Source: Pontimonas sp.
GTDB taxonomy: Bacteria; Actinomycetota; Actinomycetes; Actinomycetales; Microbacteriaceae
Reading direction: 5' to 3'
Length of the DNA stretch: 64,000 bases
Assembly: GCA_049416945.1 (NCBI GenBank)
Contig: JBMSHQ010000001.1
Span: 2,525-66,524, forward strand
This document shows positions 50,984 to 59,915 of this stretch, in pieces (within the stretch, counting starts at the first letter, position 1; each line of letters opens with the position of its first letter). The notes below the pieces were generated by a model. The model did not search any database. It saw nothing but the letters and a program-made list of their open reading frames with translations, and was not told the origin of the DNA. The position numbers and the translations under genes were made by a program.

Positions 50984-52519
50984 GTGGCTGATCGGCCCAT
51001 ACGACCGCAGAAGGTCGCGCCGCGTTCCTTCGAGTCGGTCACCCTTGGACTGGGCATCAGCCTTCCTTCAGGCGACCACTCGTCCCTCGTAAGCGGCGTG
51101 GCAATCTCTGCCCAAGCGGTGTTACCCGGAGACGTGTTCGTGGCTCTTCCCGGTCGGGTGCATCACGGTGCGAGCTTTGCTCCGCAGGCAATTGAGCAGG
51201 GAGCGTCCGCCATTCTGACCGATCCCGAGGGCGCCAAGATCATTACCGATAGTGCAATTCCAATTGCCACCCACCCTGAGCCTCGAACCGTGCTGGGCCG
51301 GCTTGCCCGCGCAATCTACGACCCAGGGGTGCCACTGCCCTCGGTGTTGGCGGTGACGGGCACCAACGGCAAAACCTCGGTGGCGTTTTACCTCGAAGCG
51401 ATTCTTCGGCAGTTGGGCCATCTCACCGCACTCTCTAACTCCACCGAGCGTCGCGTCGCGGGGGAGGTCTTTAAGACGCCGCTTACTACCCCCGAAGCGA
51501 ACGAGCTACAGGCCTTGCTCGGAATCGGGGCTGAACGGGGGGTGAGCTATCTTGCTTTGGAAGCGAGCGCCCAAGCGATCGAGCGGCACCGCTTAGACGG
51601 CATTGTGGCTTCGGTGTCTGGCTTCACCAACCTCAGCCACGATCATTTTGAAGATTACGGCGATATGGAGGCGTATCTCGCCCAGAAGTTGCCGCTCTTC
51701 AGTCCCGCCATGTCTCACCGTGCCGTGATTTCGCTCGAATCCACGTGGGGGGCAGAGGTGGTGAGGAACTGCTCGGTTCCTTTTGTCACGATCGCGCACG
51801 AGGGATCGGCAGAAGCCACCTGGACCTATCGAATTACTACCTCCAATGATCAGGGAGAACAGTTCGTTCTTCACGGGCCCACCGGAAGTGTTCACACCTC
51901 GATTAGTGCCCTGGGTCATCACATGGTGAGAAACGCGGCGTTGGCAATCGCCATGGTTGTCGAGGCCGGTGTCAGTATCGAGAAGCTCGATGTCATCGAT
52001 GTCGAGCACGGGGGAATCGACGTCACCGTCCCGGGGCGAATTGAGCGCATTGGTTCCTCCTCAGAGGTTGCCGTGTTTGTCGATGCGGGCCGAAGCGCCG
52101 ATGCCTACACGAACACCTTCAGCACCCTCAGAGAGAGGTTTTCCGGCCGCCTGATTGTGGTGGCGGGCACATCCGGTGACCGAGACCGGTCAAAACGACC
52201 GGTGATGGGGGAAATTGCGGCTCGGATGTCTGACCTGCTCATCATCTGCGATGACGACCCGAGGAAGGAAGACCCCGCCCAAATTCGAGCCGATTTACTC
52301 GAGGGGGCCCGTACGGTGACGTCAGCTGATATTCGAGAAATTCCTGACCCCACCGACGCCATTCGAGCGGCGGTCGCGGACGCACAGCCGGGCGACGCCG
52401 TGGTGTGGATGGGGCCTGGTTCCCAGCACTATCGGGACATTGGAGGAGTGCGGGTGCCCTATTCAGCCCGCGACGAGGCGCTTCGGGCTCTCTTGGACGC
52501 GGGGTGGCTTGGCGAATGA
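50984..52519 (+). CDS. murE: Mur ligase MurE with atypical amino-acid pocket
   Basis: VTGTNGKTS, TTPEA, FTNLSHDH, PGRIE, GDRD..KR, DDDPRKE. Confidence 0.88.
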   Translation: MADRPIRPQKVAPRSFESVTLGLGISLPSGDHSSLVSGVAISAQAVLPGDVFVALPGRVHHGASFAPQAIEQGASAILTDPEGAKIITDSAIPIATHPEPRTVLGRLARAIYDPGVPLPSVLAVTGTNGKTSVAFYLEAILRQLGHLTALSNSTERRVAGEVFKTPLTTPEANELQALLGIGAERGVSYLALEASAQAIERHRLDGIVASVSGFTNLSHDHFEDYGDMEAYLAQKLPLFSPAMSHRAVISLESTWGAEVVRNCSVPFVTIAHEGSAEATWTYRITTSNDQGEQFVLHGPTGSVHTSISALGHHMVRNAALAIAMVVEAGVSIEKLDVIDVEHGGIDVTVPGRIERIGSSSEVAVFVDAGRSADAYTNTFSTLRERFSGRLIVVAGTSGDRDRSKRPVMGEIAARMSDLLIICDDDPRKEDPAQIRADLLEGARTVTSADIREIPDPTDAIRAAVADAQPGDAVVWMGPGSQHYRDIGGVRVPYSARDEALRALLDAGWLGE

Positions 52520-52968
52520 GCGATCGCAACCCGAAGTGGCAACGACGTGACTCTCCAACGGGCGGCACCATCCTCGTCGACCAACGTGAGGGGATCTCGG
52601 GCGACCAATTGATCGATGCCGTGAAAGCACTTCGTGCTGAATACTCGCTGGCCAGGTTGCTGCTGGTGTCTGGGGGTGTGGCGCTCCACCCCGACGATGA
52701 TTACGACGGGCTGGGGGCACTCGCCGCCGCCATTATTCGACTGAGGGTGGACCAGTGGTTGGGCGTGGGATTGTCGGTCAAGGCACTCAGCACCCAGGTG
52801 GGGTTGGAGGGTTCCTGGGATGGCGAGTCATTGTGGTTGGAGGCTTCAACTGACGCGTACGATTACTTGCGTGCGTGGCCCCAAACCAATGACGTCATTG
52901 CCATCGTGGGAGTGCACGACCCCTCCATTCGCGAGCTGGTGGATTTGATAGAGGCCCAAAGTTCATGA
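52516..52968 (+). CDS. MurF C-terminal-domain remnant (150 aa, non-catalytic)
   Basis: Occupies the murF slot; EGSWDGES...AYDYL...DVIAI matches the MurF C-terminus as I recall it; no P-loop; ATGA overlaps at both ends. Confidence 0.75.
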   Translation: MSDRNPKWQRRDSPTGGTILVDQREGISGDQLIDAVKALRAEYSLARLLLVSGGVALHPDDDYDGLGALAAAIIRLRVDQWLGVGLSVKALSTQVGLEGSWDGESLWLEASTDAYDYLRAWPQTNDVIAIVGVHDPSIRELVDLIEAQSS

Positions 52969-54062
52969 TTGTTCTTCTTCTCTCCGGTGGCATTTCGTTG
53001 CTGTTTACTCTCTTTCTCACGCCCGTGTTTGTCCGCATGTTTGAGCGTTTGGGCTGGGGTCAATTCATCCGTCAAGACGGTCCCAAAACTCACTTCGTGA
53101 AGCGGGGAACTCCGACCATGGGTGGCATCATCATCCTGCTCGGCATCGTCGTGGGTTACTTCAGCGCGAATCTCATCGCCGGTTCGACCCCCAGCTATTC
53201 CAGTGTCCTCGTGATTGCCATCATGCTGGGGCTGGGGCTCGTGGGCTTCATCGACGATTTTTCCAAAATCCGCCAGCAACAGTCTTTGGGCCTTACACCG
53301 CGCGCGAAGGTCATCGGTCAAGTACTAGTGTCAGGCGCATTTGGCGTCGCAGCGATCTCAATGCCGGATGAAAATGGGCAAACCCCGGCATCTCTTGCCG
53401 TCTCTTTCATTAGAGATATTGATTGGCTTACCTTCGCAAGCTTCGGTCTAATCGGAAGCTACATTGCGTTTGCTATCTGGGCAGGACTAATCGTTGTCAG
53501 CACCTCAAACGCCGTGAATCTCACCGATGGGCTTGATGGTCTTGCTGCGGGTTCGTCCATTTTGGTATTCGGCGCCTATGTCTTGATTAGTTTTTGGCAG
53601 TTCAATCAGTCGTGCTTTTCGCCCTACCTCGACGCCGAAGTGGCCTACAAGTGCTACGAAGTGCGCGATCCCCTCGATTTAGCAGCGGTGGCGACCGCTA
53701 TTCTCGCGAGCCTGATTGGCTTCCTCTGGTGGAACACCTCTCCGGCGAAAGTCTTCATGGGTGACACCGGCTCCTTGGCGCTCGGTGGGGGAGTCGCCGC
53801 GATGGCCATGTTCACCCGAACCGAATTGTTGCTTCCGTTGATTGCGGGTCTCTTTGTGATTCTCACCGGCTCGGTGGTGTTGCAGCGGTTGTATTTCAAA
53901 GCGACCGGGGGCCGCAGAATCTTCTACTCGAGCCCCCTGCATCACCACTATGAAATCAAGGGATGGCAGGAAGTCACGATCGTGGTGCGCTTCTGGTTGA
54001 TCGCGGGCTTCCTGGCGTTTGCCGGGGCGGGTGTGTTCTACCTGGAGTGGCTGAGTCGATAA
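52965..54062 (+). CDS. mraY: Phospho-MurNAc-pentapeptide transferase
   Basis: [37 protein letters not shown]. Confidence 0.96.
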   Translation: MIVLLLSGGISLLFTLFLTPVFVRMFERLGWGQFIRQDGPKTHFVKRGTPTMGGIIILLGIVVGYFSANLIAGSTPSYSSVLVIAIMLGLGLVGFIDDFSKIRQQQSLGLTPRAKVIGQVLVSGAFGVAAISMPDENGQTPASLAVSFIRDIDWLTFASFGLIGSYIAFAIWAGLIVVSTSNAVNLTDGLDGLAAGSSILVFGAYVLISFWQFNQSCFSPYLDAEVAYKCYEVRDPLDLAAVATAILASLIGFLWWNTSPAKVFMGDTGSLALGGGVAAMAMFTRTELLLPLIAGLFVILTGSVVLQRLYFKATGGRRIFYSSPLHHHYEIKGWQEVTIVVRFWLIAGFLAFAGAGVFYLEWLSR

Positions 54063-55069
54063 TGTCGCGGGTCGAAGCCCTCTCGAGCTGGCAAGACGAT
54101 TGGGCGCAGCTGAGCGCTGTGGTGTGGGGGCTTGGCGAAGAAGGTTTTGCCGCCGCCGACACCTTGGTTGAGCTGGGAGTGTCGGTGAGTGTCCTCGCTG
54201 ACACGGAGGATTCCGATCGGATGACCATCCTCGATGTTCTGGGCGTGAGCACTCAGGTCAGCTCGCGTGACCAGTGGCAAGAACTCACGGCCGAAAGTCG
54301 ACCTGACATTGTCATTCTCACCCCAACCGCCCAGCCCACCGCGGCAGAGCTCGCCACACTCCGTTCCAACAATGCCGCCGTCTGGACCCCGTTGGAGTTG
54401 GTGTTTCGCGTGGCTGACAAAGTGGAGGGCGGTCCTCGAATAGTTCTCATAGGCGGTGGACATGCTCGACAAATCGCCGATCTCGCACACCAGCTGCTCC
54501 TCGCCTCGGGCTTGCGCAGCTTTCGTGCTGGGGTTGATATTGCACCGGCACTTGATGGCATCCGACTTCCCGACGGACTGGATGCCCTTCTCGTCGATGT
54601 CACCGAGCAGGACTTGCACGTGTGGGCGGCTGGTTCGCCTTCTACCCGCAGCCCCTTTCTCGCAGTATGCGTTGAGGATGAGGAACCCCTGGCTCACGAG
54701 CTCCTGCTCGAGCTCTACCGAGACACCAGTGCCGCCTGCGTGTATCGCCGAGGATCCGGGGCCACCGAAAAAGCCGTAGAAGACGCCTGGGTGGTTGAAG
54801 GATGCCGTGCCATCGGAGTGGGCCTTGATTCCCCGGGAATGAGTGATTTGGGACGCGTGGACGACATTGTCTGTGACCGCGCGTTTTTGGATGATCGGGC
54901 TGATCGCGCGCTAGAGCTGTGTACAACTGAGGAGCTGAAGCGGGCTGGGCTCGATAGCGCCGAGCACGCTCTTTCAGCCCTGGCGGCGTTTGCCATTGCG
55001 CGGGCCTTTCAGGTCGCCCCGGAACTGATTGGCCAGGAACTGGGGCGTTGGGGCGGCCGGGGCGAATAA
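54062..55069 (+). CDS. MurD-derived pseudoenzyme (335 aa; no P-loop, no C-terminal domain)
   Basis: Occupies the murD slot; GLG..GFAAADTL, ELVFRVADK, VVEGCRAIG, DRAFLDDR retained; GTNGKTTT replaced by GGGHARQI. Confidence 0.8.
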   Translation: MSRVEALSSWQDDWAQLSAVVWGLGEEGFAAADTLVELGVSVSVLADTEDSDRMTILDVLGVSTQVSSRDQWQELTAESRPDIVILTPTAQPTAAELATLRSNNAAVWTPLELVFRVADKVEGGPRIVLIGGGHARQIADLAHQLLLASGLRSFRAGVDIAPALDGIRLPDGLDALLVDVTEQDLHVWAAGSPSTRSPFLAVCVEDEEPLAHELLLELYRDTSAACVYRRGSGATEKAVEDAWVVEGCRAIGVGLDSPGMSDLGRVDDIVCDRAFLDDRADRALELCTTEELKRAGLDSAEHALSALAAFAIARAFQVAPELIGQELGRWGGRGE

Positions 55070-55167
55070 GAGACACGCCCCGGGTGCTAGGCGGTAGAAA
55101 GCCCGCCAGGACAGACACTTAGAGGTGGCATAGTGCCTCGGTTCGGCGTGGGAAGGACGGGACCTCA

Positions 55168-56448
55168 ATGGCGTCTTCCACCAGCGCAGCACCCCGCCGA
55201 GTAGTGAAAAGCGGGGGGGCGAAAAAACCTTCTCCACCCAAGAGTGCCCCGGCTGCCAACTTGCAGAAAAAAGCGGTTGTGTCGGTCAAGCGCCTTTTTC
55301 ACTCGGAATCCACCGAATACGTCGTCATGGTCTCGATGGTGCTGTTCCTCGTGATCTTTGGGCTCGTGATGGTGCTCTCGTCGTCATTTGTGACGGCCCG
55401 TCAAACAAACGACGGGAATTTCCTCGCTGTCTGGGTACGGCAGGGAATGTGGGCGATGCTGGGCCTTCCCATCATGTTCATCATGTCGACGTGGAAAGCC
55501 ACCGTGTGGCGCGCCCTCGCGGGAACCCTGTTGCTTTTCGGTTTGATTCTTCAAGCCCTGGTGGTGTTCACCCCGCTTGGTGTGCGATCGGGTGGTAACA
55601 CCAACTGGATTTCTATTGGTGGTTTGACCGGTCAACCCGCCGAGTTTGTGAAGCTTGCGTTGATTGTCTGGATGGCCCACATCCTTGCCAATCGGGCGGA
55701 TTACATTTCTTACCCCGAGGCATTGCGACGCCCGCTTCCAATGGGTTTGCTTTTGGCGCTCGGGCTGGTGCTCGCGGGCCAAGACCTGGGAACGGTGGGG
55801 GTCATGGCCATCATCGTGCTGGGTGTGCTCTTTGTTGCCGGAATTCGCTTGGGTTACCTCCTGACGGCCGTGGGAGCGGTGGGAGCCTTGGGTGCAGTGA
55901 TGGCTCTTGTCGCCCCCTACCGACTGGAGCGTGTCACCGTGTGGCTCTCTGGTTGCACCGAAGACGAATTTCTTTACCAGTGTTGGCAGCCGATGCAGGG
56001 AACTATGGCGCTGGGCTCGGGAGGCGTGCTCGGTGTGGGATTAGGTAACTCGCGCGCGAAGTGGTCGTGGTTGCCCGAAGCAGATACCGACTACATTTTT
56101 GCCGTGATCGGTGAGGAATTGGGCCTGGTCGGAACCCTTGTGGTCATCATTTCTTTTGCCATCCTCGGTTTTGCGATGGCGCGGCTGGTGCAGAAAAACA
56201 CTGACCCCTTCGCTCGCCTGGTGACGGCGGGTGTCATGATTTGGGTCGTCGGTCAAGCTCTGGTCAATATCGCCGTGGTGTTGGAGTACCTCCCCGTCCT
56301 GGGAGTTCCACTTCCCTTTATTTCTTCCGGCGGTTCCGCACTCCTCGCCATGTTGATGGCGGTCGGAGTGGTGATGAGTGTGAACCGCCAGCGTCACGTG
56401 AACCCGGTGTGGCAATTCGTGGGGGATGACGGGGCGGCCAAACGGTGA
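55168..56448 (+). CDS. ftsW: SEDS peptidoglycan polymerase FtsW
   Basis: QPAEFVK, DLGT, LPEADTDYIFAVIGEELG, GVPLPFISSGGS. Confidence 0.95.
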   Translation: MASSTSAAPRRVVKSGGAKKPSPPKSAPAANLQKKAVVSVKRLFHSESTEYVVMVSMVLFLVIFGLVMVLSSSFVTARQTNDGNFLAVWVRQGMWAMLGLPIMFIMSTWKATVWRALAGTLLLFGLILQALVVFTPLGVRSGGNTNWISIGGLTGQPAEFVKLALIVWMAHILANRADYISYPEALRRPLPMGLLLALGLVLAGQDLGTVGVMAIIVLGVLFVAGIRLGYLLTAVGAVGALGAVMALVAPYRLERVTVWLSGCTEDEFLYQCWQPMQGTMALGSGGVLGVGLGNSRAKWSWLPEADTDYIFAVIGEELGLVGTLVVIISFAILGFAMARLVQKNTDPFARLVTAGVMIWVVGQALVNIAVVLEYLPVLGVPLPFISSGGSALLAMLMAVGVVMSVNRQRHVNPVWQFVGDDGAAKR

Positions 56449-57518
56449 GTGTCTATGCACTCTGTGGTGGCGGAACCGCCGGCCACATCACACCTCTCAT
56501 TGCGGTGTACGAGCAACTTCTTGCTCTCGACCCCGCTGCCCAGTTTGTGGTAATCGGAACGGAGGGGGGCCGAGAACGCGAACTTCTGCCTTCGGCCCTC
56601 GATGACGTGCTTGCGGTTCCTCGTCTGCCGTTTCCGCGCAAGCTGTCGGGCTATGCCGTGAGTTTTGTTCCTCGTTGGATTAGCGCCGTGATTACCCTCG
56701 CCAAGACATTGCGTCAGCGCCGCGTCGACGCCGTGGTCGGCTTCGGCGGATACACGGCTGCCCCCGCCTATCTCGCGGCCTGGATTGCTCGCATTCCCTT
56801 GGTAGTGCACGAGGCCAATGCTCTGCCGGGAATGGCCAACCGGCTTGCTTCGCTACTCACCCCTCACGTCGCCGTGTGTTTTCCCGGAACTCCTCTGCGC
56901 CGCGCGCGAGTGGTCGGAATGCCACTGCGCCGCGCCATCGTGGACGCTCGCGGTGTTAGCACCACTCAGGCGCGTAAACACTTTGGCCTTTCCGCGCGTA
57001 AACCCCTCCTGCTTGTGACAGGGGGGTCGACGGGCGCTCAGTCCATTAATCGCACCGTCGAAGCCTGTCGCTCTGACCTGGTTCAATCCGGCTGGCAGGT
57101 ACTCCACCTCATCGGGCGGGACAACGAAGTACCCCGGGACAACCCCCATGGATTTGTGAGCCTCGGCTACACCGACCGAATGGATCTCGCTCTGGCGGCG
57201 GCCGACCTCGTCATATCTCGGGCGGGCGCAGCCACGGTGAGCGAACTCGAAGTAATGGGAAAACCGGCGGTATTCGTCCCCTATCACGTGGGAAACGGAG
57301 AGCAGCAGAAAAATGCTGCTCACGCGGTGGCCGGGGGAGGCGCGATAGTGGTGTCCAATTCCCAGTTCACACCGGAATGGGTTCGTGGTGAACTCCTGGC
57401 ACTCATGGCAGATTCCCCCCGCCGAGAGTCAATGGCGAAGGCGATGTCCCGGCTTGGGGTGCGGGATGGCGCCTACCAGGTGGCTGCGATGGCGCGCGAC
57501 GCAGTGGGGAGGGGCTGA
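56445..57518 (+). CDS. murG: Lipid II GlcNAc transferase MurG
   Basis: GGGTAGH, GFGGY, HEANA.PG.AN, GGSTGA, SRAGA, EQ..NA. Confidence 0.95.
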   Translation: MSVYALCGGGTAGHITPLIAVYEQLLALDPAAQFVVIGTEGGRERELLPSALDDVLAVPRLPFPRKLSGYAVSFVPRWISAVITLAKTLRQRRVDAVVGFGGYTAAPAYLAAWIARIPLVVHEANALPGMANRLASLLTPHVAVCFPGTPLRRARVVGMPLRRAIVDARGVSTTQARKHFGLSARKPLLLVTGGSTGAQSINRTVEACRSDLVQSGWQVLHLIGRDNEVPRDNPHGFVSLGYTDRMDLALAAADLVISRAGAATVSELEVMGKPAVFVPYHVGNGEQQKNAAHAVAGGGAIVVSNSQFTPEWVRGELLALMADSPRRESMAKAMSRLGVRDGAYQVAAMARDAVGRG

Positions 57519-57523
57519 GAGAG

Positions 57524-58930
57524 ATGTTGCGACCCCGCGAGGATGGATGGCTACCGGAGAGTCTGGGCCGAGTGCACATGATTGGCATTGGTGGCTCTGG
57601 CATGAGCGGTATCGCACGGATTCTTCACCAGCGAGGTCTCACGGTGTCGGGTACGGAGCGCTCAGCGTCGGAAGTTACCGATTCCCTACAGGCAGCCGGA
57701 ATCGATGTCTTCATCGGCGAAGAGTCGGGGTGGGTTCCCCAGGCGGACACGATCATTTCGACCTATGCGGTTCGCGATAATCACCCGGAAATTGTCGATG
57801 CAACGAAGCGGGGCATCCCGATTTTGCACCGAGCCGATGCGTTGCGGTTTATTACTCGGGGCTATCGCCTCATCGCGGTCGGGGGCTCGCATGGCAAAAC
57901 CACGACCACGGCAATGCTCGCGACGGCGTTCGATCACATCGGAGTGGATGTCGGCGCCGTCAATGGGGGAGTGATTTCTGAGTGGGGTGTGTCCTCACGC
58001 CACGGCAGCTCCGAATGGTTTGTGATTGAAGCCGATGAATCAGATCGTTCCTTCTTGATTTATCGACCAGAAATTGCGCTGATTACCAACGCCGCACCCG
58101 ACCATCTCGATTTTTATGGTTCGTCGGAAGCTGTGTTTGACGCGTTTGAAGATTTTGCCCGCTCAGCCACTACCCGCGCTGTGGTGTGTGTTGACGATGA
58201 GGGTTCGCACGCTATCGCGCAACGCATCGCGGATATTTCACCGCTCACCTACGGCAGCGCCGAGCATGCAGCGGTGCGTGTGGTCGATATCGCGCCGGCA
58301 CCCGTGGCCTCGGCAACAGTCACCTACGCGGGCGAATCGGCGCGTTTCGAGCTCGCCGTCCCCGGGCGCCTCAATGCCCTTAACGCAACCGGCGTGGTCG
58401 CGACGATGATTGCCGCCGGTTTCTCCCTTGCCGATGCGGCGCGTGGGGTGAGTGGGTTCCGCGGAGCGGACCGAAGGTTTCAATTCCACGGAGATATCGG
58501 CGGGGTTCGAGTCTTCGACGACCACGCGCACCATCCCACTGAGGTCGCAACAGCGTTAGAGATTGCCCAAAACGTGGTCGGCAACGGCCAAGTGATTTTG
58601 ATGTTCCAACCCCACCTCTATTCCCGCACCCAGCTCATGGCGTCAGAACTCGCCCAGGCGATCAGCCGCGGAAGCGACCACACGATCCTGCTCGATATTT
58701 TCGGGTCGAGAGAGGACCCCATCGAGGGGGTTACCACCCAACTCATCATTGACAAGCTCGCCCCTGAAGCCTCCTATGATTTTGAGCCCGACTGGGACCG
58801 CGCTGTCGAGTTGGCTGTGGCCCGCGCGCAACCGGGAGACCTCATTCTCACGATGAGCACTGGTGATCTCTACCAAATTGTTCCTCGCCTAATCACGCGA
58901 ATGCGAGAGGCCTATGGCGACTCCCTCTAG
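57524..58930 (+). CDS. murC: UDP-MurNAc--amino acid ligase MurC
   Basis: IGIGGSGMS, GSHGKTTTT, EADESD, DHLDFY, AHHPTE, FQPHLYSRT. Confidence 0.95.
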   Translation: MLRPREDGWLPESLGRVHMIGIGGSGMSGIARILHQRGLTVSGTERSASEVTDSLQAAGIDVFIGEESGWVPQADTIISTYAVRDNHPEIVDATKRGIPILHRADALRFITRGYRLIAVGGSHGKTTTTAMLATAFDHIGVDVGAVNGGVISEWGVSSRHGSSEWFVIEADESDRSFLIYRPEIALITNAAPDHLDFYGSSEAVFDAFEDFARSATTRAVVCVDDEGSHAIAQRIADISPLTYGSAEHAAVRVVDIAPAPVASATVTYAGESARFELAVPGRLNALNATGVVATMIAAGFSLADAARGVSGFRGADRRFQFHGDIGGVRVFDDHAHHPTEVATALEIAQNVVGNGQVILMFQPHLYSRTQLMASELAQAISRGSDHTILLDIFGSREDPIEGVTTQLIIDKLAPEASYDFEPDWDRAVELAVARAQPGDLILTMSTGDLYQIVPRLITRMREAYGDSL

Positions 58931-59786
58931 ACCGAGCGGATTTGGTGCGCCTTTGGCTGAGACGGCACCGCCGTCGAAGAAAAAACCCCGTCGCTCCAAG
59001 GCGAGCTCTGTCACACAGAAGTCGGCTCGGAGCGCGTCGCGTGCCCGCAAAAAGGCAGAGCGGGCCGAATATCGACGGTTTACCGTGTCGTCCCGGCAGC
59101 GGCGGCTAACCTGGACTGCCGGGGTGGGGAGTGTTCTCGCCTTAGCCATCGTGGTCGTGATTGTCACTACCTCACCTTTGATGTCGTTGCGCACCATCCG
59201 AGTCGAAGGAGTGTCTCGTCTGACTTCGGCGGAAGTGATTGACCAGTTACAGCCCTTGGCTGGCCTTCCCCTCGCGCGGGTGAGTGCAGCGGACGTCGCC
59301 CGTGAGCTATCAGACGTTTCGCTCATCCAGTCGGTCGACACCCGAGTGGAACTGCCCGATACCTTGGCGGTCTCAATCGTCGAGCGCACGCCGCTCGGGG
59401 CAGTCGGGACCGCGGGAAACTTCAGGGTGGTTGACCAGGCCGGAGTCGAGTTATGGACAGACACGGTTCGGCCCACCGAGCTGCCGCTCATAGGCGTTGC
59501 GGCAAACGCCGAGGATCGCGGATTTCAAGCCATCGTCGAGGCCTTAGCGGTGATTCCCACTGAGGTGCTTGGGCGAATTGACCGCATCACCGCGTCCACC
59601 GCTGACACGGTGGCCTTTAGCCTTCGTGATAGCGACCACCAGGTGTTGTGGGGTAGCAGCGAGTTTTCGCCTCAGAAAGCTCGCGCGCTGCCTGCTGCAC
59701 TGCAGGCCGCAGGCGCCGCGGGGTCAAAACTCATTGACCTCTCTACCCCGGAAACGGTGGTCATTCGAGACGTCACGGGCCCGTAG
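58914..59786 (+). CDS. ftsQ: Cell division protein FtsQ
   Basis: Basic N-terminus, TM, POTRA-like region, VERTP, VLWG, IDLSTP. Confidence 0.85.
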   Translation: MATPSRPSGFGAPLAETAPPSKKKPRRSKASSVTQKSARSASRARKKAERAEYRRFTVSSRQRRLTWTAGVGSVLALAIVVVIVTTSPLMSLRTIRVEGVSRLTSAEVIDQLQPLAGLPLARVSAADVARELSDVSLIQSVDTRVELPDTLAVSIVERTPLGAVGTAGNFRVVDQAGVELWTDTVRPTELPLIGVAANAEDRGFQAIVEALAVIPTEVLGRIDRITASTADTVAFSLRDSDHQVLWGSSEFSPQKARALPAALQAAGAAGSKLIDLSTPETVVIRDVTGP

Positions 59787-59871
59787 TCGACTGGCGACAC
59801 GCCCGCGCTCTTGAGCAGCATCGGGGCGGGGGAGTCGTAGCGTGGACGCAGTCAAAAAGTGAGAAAAACTC

Positions 59872-59892
59872 TCATCCTCAAGTAGAGGTTGA
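59872..59892 (+). promoter_or_regulatory. FtsR-type binding site upstream of ftsZ
   Basis: Imperfect palindrome TCATCCTCAAGTAGAGGTTGA, similar to the conserved actinobacterial ftsZ-upstream motif. Confidence 0.65.
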
Positions 59893-59915
59893 AGGTTTTA
59901 GGAGAGGGGCCCCAC

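Noticed and set aside
50257-51057. 266-aa minus-strand ORF
   Set aside because: Antisense to ftsI/murE; no motifs.
52405-52515. Longer start for the MurF remnant or a hidden MurF N-terminus
   Set aside because: Overlaps the conserved MurE C-terminus; no Mur P-loop in the alternative frames.
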